A stretch of DNA of 57,053 bases from a virus (taxonomy: Duplodnaviria > Caudoviricetes), in IMG/VR virus record IMGVR_UViG_3300035148_000223, positions 1 to 57,053 of that record. One strand, written 5' to 3'. Numbering within the stretch: the stretch's first letter is position 1; every line of letters starts with the position of its first letter. Below the pieces are notes generated by a model. The model was not told the DNA's origin and did not search any database. It worked only from the letters and a program-made list of their open reading frames with translations. Shown in pieces: positions 25,262-32,885 of this stretch. The position numbers and the translations under genes are program-made.

Positions 25262-25789
25262 ATGCCCGAGACCGCAGACACCACGCCCGTCCCGCGCGCC
25301 ACCTACGGCCGCAAGTCCAAGCTCACCCCTGACGTCCTGAAGCGCATCACCGATGCCCTCAAGTCAGGGAACTACCGCGATACCGCCGCCGCCTACGCAG
25401 GCATCGGCGTCTCCACCCTCGCCCTCTGGATGCAGAAGGGCCGTGCCGCCATCGACCGCATCAACACCGAAAAGACCCGCACCATCGGCAAAGGCAAGAA
25501 CGGCCGCACGATTGAACCCAAGCCCACCGCGCAGGAACAACCCTACGTGGACCTCGTGGACGCCGTAAAAGGGGCTGAGTCGGAGGCGGAAGCGCGCATG
25601 GTCATGGTCGTCCAGAAGGCGGCTATCGGCGGGGAATGGACCGCCGCGATGACCTATCTGGAGCGGAAGTTCCCCGAGAAGTGGGGACGCAAGGATCGGC
25701 TCGCGCTCGACGTGGATCTGAAGAAACTCTCGACCGAAGAGTTGGAAACCATCGAGGCGATCATGGCGAAGGCGCGGACAGAGGCCTAG
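25262..25789 (+). CDS. terS: Terminase small subunit
   Basis: GRKSKLTP...AAAYAGIGVSTL HTH; WTAAMTYLERKFPEKWGR; DLKKLSTEEL. Confidence 0.8.
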   Translation: MPETADTTPVPRATYGRKSKLTPDVLKRITDALKSGNYRDTAAAYAGIGVSTLALWMQKGRAAIDRINTEKTRTIGKGKNGRTIEPKPTAQEQPYVDLVDAVKGAESEAEARMVMVVQKAAIGGEWTAAMTYLERKFPEKWGRKDRLALDVDLKKLSTEELETIEAIMAKARTEA

Positions 25790-25924
25790 CCCGGCAGTTC
25801 CCGCTCGACATGGACAAGGCAGAAAAAGTAGACTGGCCCAGCCGGTGAGGCGGGGTGTGCCTGTCCTCTCTCCTACCCGTCGGTCCCGAACGGGGAGCAA
25901 TTCGGGACGCGCTCTGGAGGACCC

Positions 25925-26041
25925 ATGTGGACCGGCTTCAATTCCCTGACAGACCTCTTTGCCGCGATGGCCGTGGCGTTCTTCGTGGGCGCGCTGCTGG
26001 GCGCATGGCTGGCCAGCCGTGAAGAGTCGGAGGACCGCTGA
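25925..26041 (+). CDS. Small membrane peptide (38 aa)
   Basis: GGAGG RBS; LFAAMAVAFFVGALLGAWL; TGATG coupling. Confidence 0.5.
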   Translation: MWTGFNSLTDLFAAMAVAFFVGALLGAWLASREESEDR

Positions 26042-26664
26042 TGGCCAGAGACATGCTGCTGTACGGGTTCAACGCCGCCGACGACATGGCGGACTTCGAC
26101 GCGTGGCTGAACGAGAACCCGGACCTGCACAAGTTCGTGCCGGACTACCACCGGCTCCAGATTGAGAAGTGGCTCTTCGACAAGCGCGCGACAATGGGGC
26201 CACGCATTATGGACGTGGGCGTAGACAATCCCCGGCGGTGGCTGGGGCCTGACTACTTCACGTTCGGGGAAGGGGGCGAAGACGTCCGGGGGGATCTCGT
26301 CTCCTTCCCCTTCACCGAGAACGACCTCGACACCATCATCTGCACAGAGGTCTTGGAGCATTGTGCGGACCCGTTCACGGCGTGCCGCAACATGCACCGC
26401 GCCCTCAAGCCCGGCGGGCGGCTCTTCGTCACGTCGCCGTTCTTCTGGCCGTGGCACGGGACGCCCCAGTACGCAGACTACTGGCGGTTCACCGCGCAAG
26501 GCTGGGAGGCGCTCCTGAAGCCGTTTGCACGAGTAGACATCTGGGCGTGCGCGTGGACGCCCGAGGGCCGGGTGTTCTACGACTTCATGCGGCGGTTCGA
26601 GTGCATGGGCATGAACGCCCTGACGGTCGCGACCACGGGCTACTGCTGCGAGGCCGTGAAGTGA
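26041..26664 (+). CDS. Class I SAM-dependent methyltransferase (small-molecule/glycan type)
   Basis: IMDVG, DTIICTEVLEH, RALKPGG, PFFWPWH and DYWRFT motifs. Confidence 0.85.
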   Translation: MARDMLLYGFNAADDMADFDAWLNENPDLHKFVPDYHRLQIEKWLFDKRATMGPRIMDVGVDNPRRWLGPDYFTFGEGGEDVRGDLVSFPFTENDLDTIICTEVLEHCADPFTACRNMHRALKPGGRLFVTSPFFWPWHGTPQYADYWRFTAQGWEALLKPFARVDIWACAWTPEGRVFYDFMRRFECMGMNALTVATTGYCCEAVK

Positions 26665-27182
26665 CGGTGGGCAAGCACACCTACGGCGCGGAACACGTCC
26701 GCATCGACTGGCCACAAGCCGAGGTGAGTATCGGGGCCTTCTGCTCTATCGCCTCGCCCGTCTCGATCATGGCGGGCGGGAATCACTATCTGGATCGCGG
26801 GACCACGTTCCCCTTCGGCCACCGGGCGCAAGAGGTCTTCCCGTTCCCCAAGGACGACCAGCCGACCACGCGCGGCCCTGTCCGCATCGGGAATGACGTC
26901 TGGATCGGCGCGCACGCCAGCATCATGTCCGGCGTCACGATTGGCGACGGGGCGGTGATCGCGGCCTACGCGCATGTGGCGTCCCATGTGAAGCCCTATG
27001 CCGTCGTGGGCGGCAATCCGGCAGCGGTCTTGTTCTTTCGCCATCCGCCCGAGACGGTGCGACGCCTGCTCGACATGCGGTGGTGGGACTTGCCGGACGC
27101 TGTGATCGCGGACATCGTGCCGTGGCTGATGGCCCGAGACCTCACGCCCTTGTTCGAGTGGTGGAAGGAGCGCACCGCATGA
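26661..27182 (+). CDS. Hexapeptide-repeat O-acetyltransferase (CatB/Vat-like)
   Basis: IGAFCSIA, GNH, IGNDVWIG, GVTIGDGAVIAA, PYAVVGGNPA and WWD motifs. Confidence 0.9.
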   Translation: MTVGKHTYGAEHVRIDWPQAEVSIGAFCSIASPVSIMAGGNHYLDRGTTFPFGHRAQEVFPFPKDDQPTTRGPVRIGNDVWIGAHASIMSGVTIGDGAVIAAYAHVASHVKPYAVVGGNPAAVLFFRHPPETVRRLLDMRWWDLPDAVIADIVPWLMARDLTPLFEWWKERTA

Positions 27183-27391
27183 CCGCGCAGGAGAAGGCCA
27201 ACGCCCTACGGGCAGGCATGGAACAGACGATGCTGCCCATCGTGATTCCCGGCGCGTCCGACGTGGCCCTGCTGCGCCCGACGCGGTTCGACTTCGGCCG
27301 ACACAAGGACCCCGAGGACACGCGCGTCTACGTGCGCGTCATGCTCGAAGTCGTCTTGGTCGATGACCCCCTGATCGTCACGCCCAACTAG
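27179..27391 (+). CDS. Hypothetical protein
   Basis: AAGGAG RBS; ATGA coupling. Confidence 0.55.
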   Translation: MTAQEKANALRAGMEQTMLPIVIPGASDVALLRPTRFDFGRHKDPEDTRVYVRVMLEVVLVDDPLIVTPN

Positions 27392-27400
27392 AGGTCTGCC

Positions 27401-27835
27401 ATGAACCGACGCGACTTCCTGTCGTCGATTGCCGCCGCCTACGGCATCACGCTCGTTCCGCTCACGGTCTTGCCCGATGGCCACGCCGACTACGTCGCGG
27501 TCGCGGAGCAGATCAACGAGGCCGCGAAGCCCACGCGCACGCTGACCCTGCCGATCTCCCTGCTCGACGCCGAGGACGCCGTGGTCGTCACGGCCCCCGT
27601 GGCGTTCACCGTCTACGAGGAGCCGGGCGACGTCCTGCGCTTGGTCGGCAAGGAACGCGGTGGGGTGACATGGGAAGCCGTGCCGCCCGGCCGCGCGATT
27701 CACCAGATCGTGTGCGACATCCATCTGCCGGAGCGGCAGATCGTCAAGCGACTCCGCTTCCCGTGGTACGGCGGGCCGATCTACACGAACGGCGGCAACA
27801 TCACCGTGCAAGACCTCAAGGTGACCCTCGCATGA
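27401..27835 (+). CDS. Protein with twin-arginine (Tat)-like N-terminus
   Basis: MNRRDFLSSIAAAYG; C-terminal TNGGNITV resembles the protein at 54282-54698. Confidence 0.6.
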   Translation: MNRRDFLSSIAAAYGITLVPLTVLPDGHADYVAVAEQINEAAKPTRTLTLPISLLDAEDAVVVTAPVAFTVYEEPGDVLRLVGKERGGVTWEAVPPGRAIHQIVCDIHLPERQIVKRLRFPWYGGPIYTNGGNITVQDLKVTLA

Positions 27836-27969
27836 ACGACGACACCACGCCGGGCCTGACGGCCCTGACCGGACTGTTCTTCAGGGCAGCGGTCTTCACC
27901 GTGTCCGTCGCCTCATTCGTCTCGGCCATCGTGTTCCTGCGGTGGGCCGTGCGGGCGCTGCTGCGCTAG
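27832..27969 (+). CDS. Small membrane protein
   Basis: One long hydrophobic helix; ATGA coupling. Confidence 0.5.
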   Translation: MNDDTTPGLTALTGLFFRAAVFTVSVASFVSAIVFLRWAVRALLR

Positions 27970-27973
27970 GGCC

Positions 27974-28558
27974 ATGCTGCGCTTCCGCGTGGTCGGGCCG
28001 AGGAAGACCCCTCGGATTGAGCTACGGGCGGACGATGACGTGCTGTTTACCGTCCCCGGCACGGCCCTGATCGACTTCAGCATCGAGCTTCGGCAGGACA
28101 CGCAAGAGGTCTGGTCCATGGGGGCGCGCGTTCCGCAGACCGTGAAGACGGGCCTGCAATCGGCCCTGCTCAGGATGACCCTGTTTGGCCCGGCCCTCGA
28201 CGAGGACCGGGCGCTCGCGCGCTGCATCGACCTGCTGTTTCAGAAGTATGGGCAGGAGATGACGCGGCGCGCCGGGGCGCGCGAGTCCGACGTGGTCTGC
28301 CTGACCGTGTTCGGCATGTACGACGACGAGGCGATTGCGCCCGTGGTCGGGGTGGCCCAGAACGACGCCAAGCCCGGAGAGACCGTGCGGGTGCAACTCG
28401 CCAGCATCACGCCGGGGACGCTCGCAGAGGTCTTTGCGCGCGAATCCACCGCCTACCCGTGGCCTGCGTCCACGCGGCCACCGGCCCGCGCCCCGAAGTC
28501 TCCCGTGACCACCTTCGGCGGGACACGCCCGCCACTGGCAGACCCGAATGACCTCTGA
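27974..28558 (+). CDS. Hypothetical protein with tail-tube-like and capsid-cement-like segments
   Basis: FSIELRQDTQEVWSMG versus tail tube YSIELDADIQDASALG; VVGVAQNDAKPGE versus cement VLGVLQNKPLAGE. Confidence 0.6.
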   Translation: MLRFRVVGPRKTPRIELRADDDVLFTVPGTALIDFSIELRQDTQEVWSMGARVPQTVKTGLQSALLRMTLFGPALDEDRALARCIDLLFQKYGQEMTRRAGARESDVVCLTVFGMYDDEAIAPVVGVAQNDAKPGETVRVQLASITPGTLAEVFARESTAYPWPASTRPPARAPKSPVTTFGGTRPPLADPNDL

Positions 28559-28793
28559 CCGTTCCTGCTGGACCTGCGCCTATCAGCGCAAGGGCGGGCA
28601 TCTGACGTTCCTCGGCATCTGCGGCTGGTTCGCCGCGAACGGCCGCGAGCCGAAAGAGATTACCCCCGCTATCGTGGACGTCGGCTGCAAGTTCCATGAG
28701 CCACGCGCCCAGCGGTCTGCCCACAAGGACGAGGTCTTCGTGGAGGGGCAACCCGTGGGTGAGTACTTTACGGAGGGGATGAGCGATGTCTGA
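28548..28793 (+). CDS. Cys-rich hypothetical protein
   Basis: CWTC...C...C motif. Confidence 0.5.
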   Translation: MTSDRSCWTCAYQRKGGHLTFLGICGWFAANGREPKEITPAIVDVGCKFHEPRAQRSAHKDEVFVEGQPVGEYFTEGMSDV

Positions 28794-29064
28794 CGACCTC
28801 CTCGACGCGGTGAAGGCGTTTGTTGAAACCTCGCGGGCGGCTGGCACGCTCACAAGCTGCGTGTACGCCAAGAACGGCACCAACACGAGACTGCTGTCGC
28901 ACGCGGAGATTGCGGGCCTCGTGTCCGAAGTGGAGCGGTTGCGCCAGCGCCACGCGGAGGCGGTGGAGGCGGCGTGGAGAGAGGGCTTCAACTGCTGGCC
29001 GCTACACGGGTCTGATGGGCAGGCCGCATGGCTGGCGTCCGAGGCGAGGAAGGGGCTGACATGA
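28786..29064 (+). CDS. Hypothetical protein
   Basis: GGAGG RBS; LVSEVERLR motif common in phage ORFs. Confidence 0.55.
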   Translation: MSDDLLDAVKAFVETSRAAGTLTSCVYAKNGTNTRLLSHAEIAGLVSEVERLRQRHAEAVEAAWREGFNCWPLHGSDGQAAWLASEARKGLT

Positions 29065-29351
29065 ACTTCTCAAGGCCCTGCGCGACGCCCGGCTGCGTGT
29101 CGCTCGCCCAGCCCGGACAGACCCACTGCCCCGTGCATCGCCCCGTGCTTGCGCCCGACCTGCCCCGCTACTGCAAGGGGTTCCGCCGCTGGCTGCATCG
29201 CCCGACGCGGCGCGTCATCGTGGTGCCGTCCGCATGGTCGCGGTTCACGTATCAGGGGCAGACCTATGTCCACGAACCCCGCGCCCTGCTCTCGGCCCCG
29301 ATGCTCGACGACGGGTATCGCTACCCCTCGAAGAATTGGGAGCGCGCGTGA
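29061..29351 (+). CDS. Zinc-binding protein resembling an HNH N-terminus
   Basis: RPCATPGC...HCPVH. Confidence 0.5.
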   Translation: MNFSRPCATPGCVSLAQPGQTHCPVHRPVLAPDLPRYCKGFRRWLHRPTRRVIVVPSAWSRFTYQGQTYVHEPRALLSAPMLDDGYRYPSKNWERA

Positions 29352-29566
29352 TCTGTCCGCACTGCGGGAAGACGCTGCCCTCGCGGCAGGCCCAATGGAT
29401 GCGCGAGCGTGTCGCCCAAGGGTTCTGCGCGCGGTGCAACGAGCCGCGTGGCGAAGGGCGGGAAGGCTGGTATTGTCTGCGGTGTGGGATTTTTCGCGCG
29501 GCGCATGCGAAGACGGTCTACAAACGCAAGCGGAGGAAACCCCATGTCCACCATCGACCGCGTTGA
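29348..29566 (+). CDS. Basic zinc-finger protein
   Basis: CPHC, CARC and CLRC motifs; GTGA coupling. Confidence 0.5.
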   Translation: MICPHCGKTLPSRQAQWMRERVAQGFCARCNEPRGEGREGWYCLRCGIFRAAHAKTVYKRKRRKPHVHHRPR

Positions 29567-29744
29567 CGTCTTTCGTCGGCTGCAAGCTCTCCCGCCGGAG
29601 TGTCCGCACGATGCCAAAGTGGGCCACCGCCTGAAGCAGGCCGGACGGCCAGACCGCTTCGAGACGGTCCTGCCGACGCTGCTCGCGAAATACTCCGCGA
29701 TCCGTCTGCACGAGTATGACGAAACGCACGCCCGATCCGTCTGA
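29544..29744 (+). CDS. Hypothetical protein
   Basis: GGAGGA RBS. Confidence 0.5.
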   Translation: MSTIDRVDVFRRLQALPPECPHDAKVGHRLKQAGRPDRFETVLPTLLAKYSAIRLHEYDETHARSV

Positions 29745-29916
29745 CCCGCGTGTCACCTTTCGCGAGTTCTGGGACTGGACCCAGCAGAGCAGCCTGCGCG
29801 ACCTCGCGCGCTTGGTGCCGCGCCCCTGCGGCGGGCGCGCTATCCTGTTCAACATTCCCGGTCGCCCGGTCACGGTCTGCTTCGACCGGCACGGTTACAT
29901 CGTAGGCCATGAATAA
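29716..29916 (+). CDS. Hypothetical protein
   Basis: 66 aa ORF immediately before terL. Confidence 0.45.
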   Translation: MTKRTPDPSDPRVTFREFWDWTQQSSLRDLARLVPRPCGGRAILFNIPGRPVTVCFDRHGYIVGHE

Positions 29917-29922
29917 CCCGAC

Positions 29923-31464
29923 ATGCTGCGCGTGAACTACGACGACATCGTCGCGGAACTGCGCGCCCGTGGGCGACGGCCCACCGTGGAGCCAGACGCG
30001 AAGTTCGCCAAGTATCGCGGCAAGCCCGTGGAGTTCGTGCAAGAGGTCTTGGGGTACTCGCTCTGGAGCAAGCAGCAAGCCGTCTTGCTCTCCACGACGA
30101 GCAACCGCCGGACGGCCGTACATTCCTGCCACGACTCCGGCAAGTCCTTCATCCTCGCCGCGACCGTCGCCTACTGGCTGTCCGTCTATCCCCCCGGCGA
30201 AGCGTTCGTCGTGACGACAGCCCCGACGTTCAATCAGGTGCGCGCGATTCTCTGGCGCGAAATCAACTCCATGCACGCCGCCGGGCATCTGCCCGGCACC
30301 TGCTCACAGGTGGAGTGGAGCATCGACGGCAAGCTCGTCGCGATGGGCCGCAAGCCGGACGACTACTCCCCCGGCGCGTTTCAGGGCATCCACGCCTTGC
30401 GCGTGCTGGTCGTCATCGACGAGGCCTGCGCGGTGGCCGCGTCCATCTGGGACGCCGCCGAAACGCTCATCACCAACGACGAGTCGGCCATTGTCGCCAT
30501 CGGCAACCCGGACGATCCCGACTCCCGCTTCCGCACGGTCTGTGACCCCGGCTCCGGCTGGCACGTCATCCATATCGACGGCATGGAGACGCCGAACTTC
30601 ACCGACGAACCCGTGCCGGATCTCTTGCGGAAAGTCCTCTTGTCACGCATCTGGGCCGAGGAGCGCGCGAAGGCATGGGGCGAGGACAGCCCGATCTACA
30701 TCTCGAAGGTGCGCGGGCGCTTCCCCGACCAAGCCGAGTCCGGCCTGATTCCCGTGCGCTGGATCATGGCGGCGTTCAACCGCTACCGCGACACCCCCGG
30801 CAAGCCCGGCCTGCGCGTCTTGGGCGTGGACGTGGGCGGCGGCACGGGCAACGATAAGACCGTCATCTACCTGCGCGACGGCGACACGGCGCGCCTCGTC
30901 CATGAGGACAATACCGCCGACACGATGCTGACCGCCTCGCGCATCGCCTTCCTCCTGCGCGAACACCGGGCGTCGCTCGCCGTCATCGACTCGGCCGGGC
31001 TGGGGAAGGGCGTCTACGACCGCTGCCGCCAACTCGGTGTCCCGTCCCACCCCGTCAACGTGGGAGAGGGCTGCGACGATGACACCGCTCGCGCCCAATT
31101 CGAGAACAAGCGCGCCCACTTCTACTGGAGCCTGCGCGACCGCTTCGAGAAAGGCGAGTTGCGGCTGGACCCGACCGACGACATCGTGGAAGGCCAACTG
31201 CGCGCCACGCGCTACAAGCTCACCCCGCGCGGGCGCATCGCGATTGAATCGAAAGACGACATGGCCAAACGCGGCCTGCGCTCGCCCGATCACGCCGACG
31301 CACTCATGCTATGCTTTGCTCCGTCGGTGAACGCGGCTGCGCCCTTGTCCGGGGCGTTCGGGGGGCTATCGTTGGGGTCACGCGTGAGCGCGTGGGTGGA
31401 CCCGGCCAATGAGGACATCGACCCGGATGACCTCGACGCCGAGTCCTCCCGAGACCCATTCTAG
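29923..31464 (+). CDS. terL: Terminase large subunit
   Basis: Walker A SCHDSGKS; VVIDEA; IGNP; nuclease motifs LGVDVG, IDSAGLG and SPDHADALML. Confidence 0.95.
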   Translation: MLRVNYDDIVAELRARGRRPTVEPDAKFAKYRGKPVEFVQEVLGYSLWSKQQAVLLSTTSNRRTAVHSCHDSGKSFILAATVAYWLSVYPPGEAFVVTTAPTFNQVRAILWREINSMHAAGHLPGTCSQVEWSIDGKLVAMGRKPDDYSPGAFQGIHALRVLVVIDEACAVAASIWDAAETLITNDESAIVAIGNPDDPDSRFRTVCDPGSGWHVIHIDGMETPNFTDEPVPDLLRKVLLSRIWAEERAKAWGEDSPIYISKVRGRFPDQAESGLIPVRWIMAAFNRYRDTPGKPGLRVLGVDVGGGTGNDKTVIYLRDGDTARLVHEDNTADTMLTASRIAFLLREHRASLAVIDSAGLGKGVYDRCRQLGVPSHPVNVGEGCDDDTARAQFENKRAHFYWSLRDRFEKGELRLDPTDDIVEGQLRATRYKLTPRGRIAIESKDDMAKRGLRSPDHADALMLCFAPSVNAAAPLSGAFGGLSLGSRVSAWVDPANEDIDPDDLDAESSRDPF

Positions 31465-31487
31465 GCGGGGGAGAGGGGACCGAAACC

Positions 31488-32882
31488 GTGGCCGAACCGA
31501 TCACACCCGGCAGTGGCGACATCTTTGGTGAGCTAGGCGATTCCGGACTCATTCGTTCCGCAGGGGTGGTGCAAGAGGAATGGCTGCGCGAACTGCGCGG
31601 CCTCGACGGCGTCAAGCGCCTGCGCGAGATGATCGACAACTGTCCGATCACCGGGGCCATCCTCTTCGCCATCAAACACCTCGCGCGCGGCGTCACATGG
31701 GACGTCGAACCCGCCGGGCAGACCAACGAGGAACTGGCGCAAGCCGAGTTCATCAAGGAATGCCTCTTCACCGACCAGTCCTCAACGTGGCAGGACACCC
31801 TCTCCGAAATCCTGACGTTCCTGCCCTACGGCTGGGCCTACCATGAGGTCGTCTACAAGCGCCGCCAAGGGCCGGGAGACGATCCGACCACGCGGAGCCG
31901 CTACACCGACGGCCGCATCGCCCTCCGCAAGATGCCGCTCCGGCCACAGGAAAGCCTCTGGCGCTGGGAGTTCGACGAGACCGGCGGCGTGCAGGCGATG
32001 ACGCAGTGGGCCGACGGGAAGATCGCGACCATCCCGATTCAGAAGTCCCTGCTCTTCCGGACAGAGGTCTTGAAGGGCAATCCCGAGGGCCGGTCCATCC
32101 TCCGCAACGCCTACATCACCTACGTTCGCCGCAAGCGCATCGAGAACCAAGAGGGCATCGGCATCGAGCGCGACCTCGCGGGCTACCCGGTCTTCACGGT
32201 CGAGAAAGACGGCCCGGACATCTGGAACCCGAACGACGAGGCGGCGCGTACGTGGCTGGCCAACATCCGCAAGCTCTACAAGAGCATCCGCCGCGACGAG
32301 CAAGAGGGCATGGTCAAGCCGTGGTGGCTGCGCTTCGAGTTGATGAGCGGGGCCTCGCGCCGCGTCTTCGACACGACCGCCATCATCGAGCGCATGGACC
32401 GCCGCATCGCGATGACCGTCCTCTGGGACTTCCTGCTCATCGGCCACGGGCAGACCGGGTCCTTCTCGCTGGTCTCCTCGCGCGCCTCGCTCGCGGCCGT
32501 CTCCCTCGAAGGCTTCCTCCAGACCATCTGCGACACGATCAACCGCTTCCTCATCCCGAACCTGCTCGACCTCAACGGCATGCGCTACGAGAAGCCGCCG
32601 ACGCTGAAGCACGGGGCCGTGGAAGCCGTGAGCCTGACGGAACTCGGCGCGTTCCTGACCACCCTGACGCAGTCCGGGTTCAAGGTCGCCACGCTGCCCG
32701 GCATGCTGCAATACCTCTTCTCGGCCGCGAAGATTCCCGTGGCCATCCCCGACGACTACGAGGAAACGCTCTCGGCCGAGCAGGAAGCGGAAACCGAGCG
32801 GATGATCAGCGAGCAACTCCGCGCCGCCCAACCGCCCGAGCAGCCGGAGGAGGCGTCCCCCGAACCCCCGGAAGCGGAGTAG
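31488..32882 (+). CDS. Portal protein (DUF935/Mu gp29-like)
   Basis: Follows terL; GNPEGRSILRNAY, GIERDLAG and GSFSL motifs. Confidence 0.9.
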   Translation: MAEPITPGSGDIFGELGDSGLIRSAGVVQEEWLRELRGLDGVKRLREMIDNCPITGAILFAIKHLARGVTWDVEPAGQTNEELAQAEFIKECLFTDQSSTWQDTLSEILTFLPYGWAYHEVVYKRRQGPGDDPTTRSRYTDGRIALRKMPLRPQESLWRWEFDETGGVQAMTQWADGKIATIPIQKSLLFRTEVLKGNPEGRSILRNAYITYVRRKRIENQEGIGIERDLAGYPVFTVEKDGPDIWNPNDEAARTWLANIRKLYKSIRRDEQEGMVKPWWLRFELMSGASRRVFDTTAIIERMDRRIAMTVLWDFLLIGHGQTGSFSLVSSRASLAAVSLEGFLQTICDTINRFLIPNLLDLNGMRYEKPPTLKHGAVEAVSLTELGAFLTTLTQSGFKVATLPGMLQYLFSAAKIPVAIPDDYEETLSAEQEAETERMISEQLRAAQPPEQPEEASPEPPEAE

Positions 32883-32885
32883 CCC

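Noticed and set aside
26661-27182. Chloramphenicol/streptogramin resistance gene
   Set aside because: The hexapeptide fold is shared with sugar O-acetyltransferases; context favours glycan modification and resistance cannot be supported from sequence alone.
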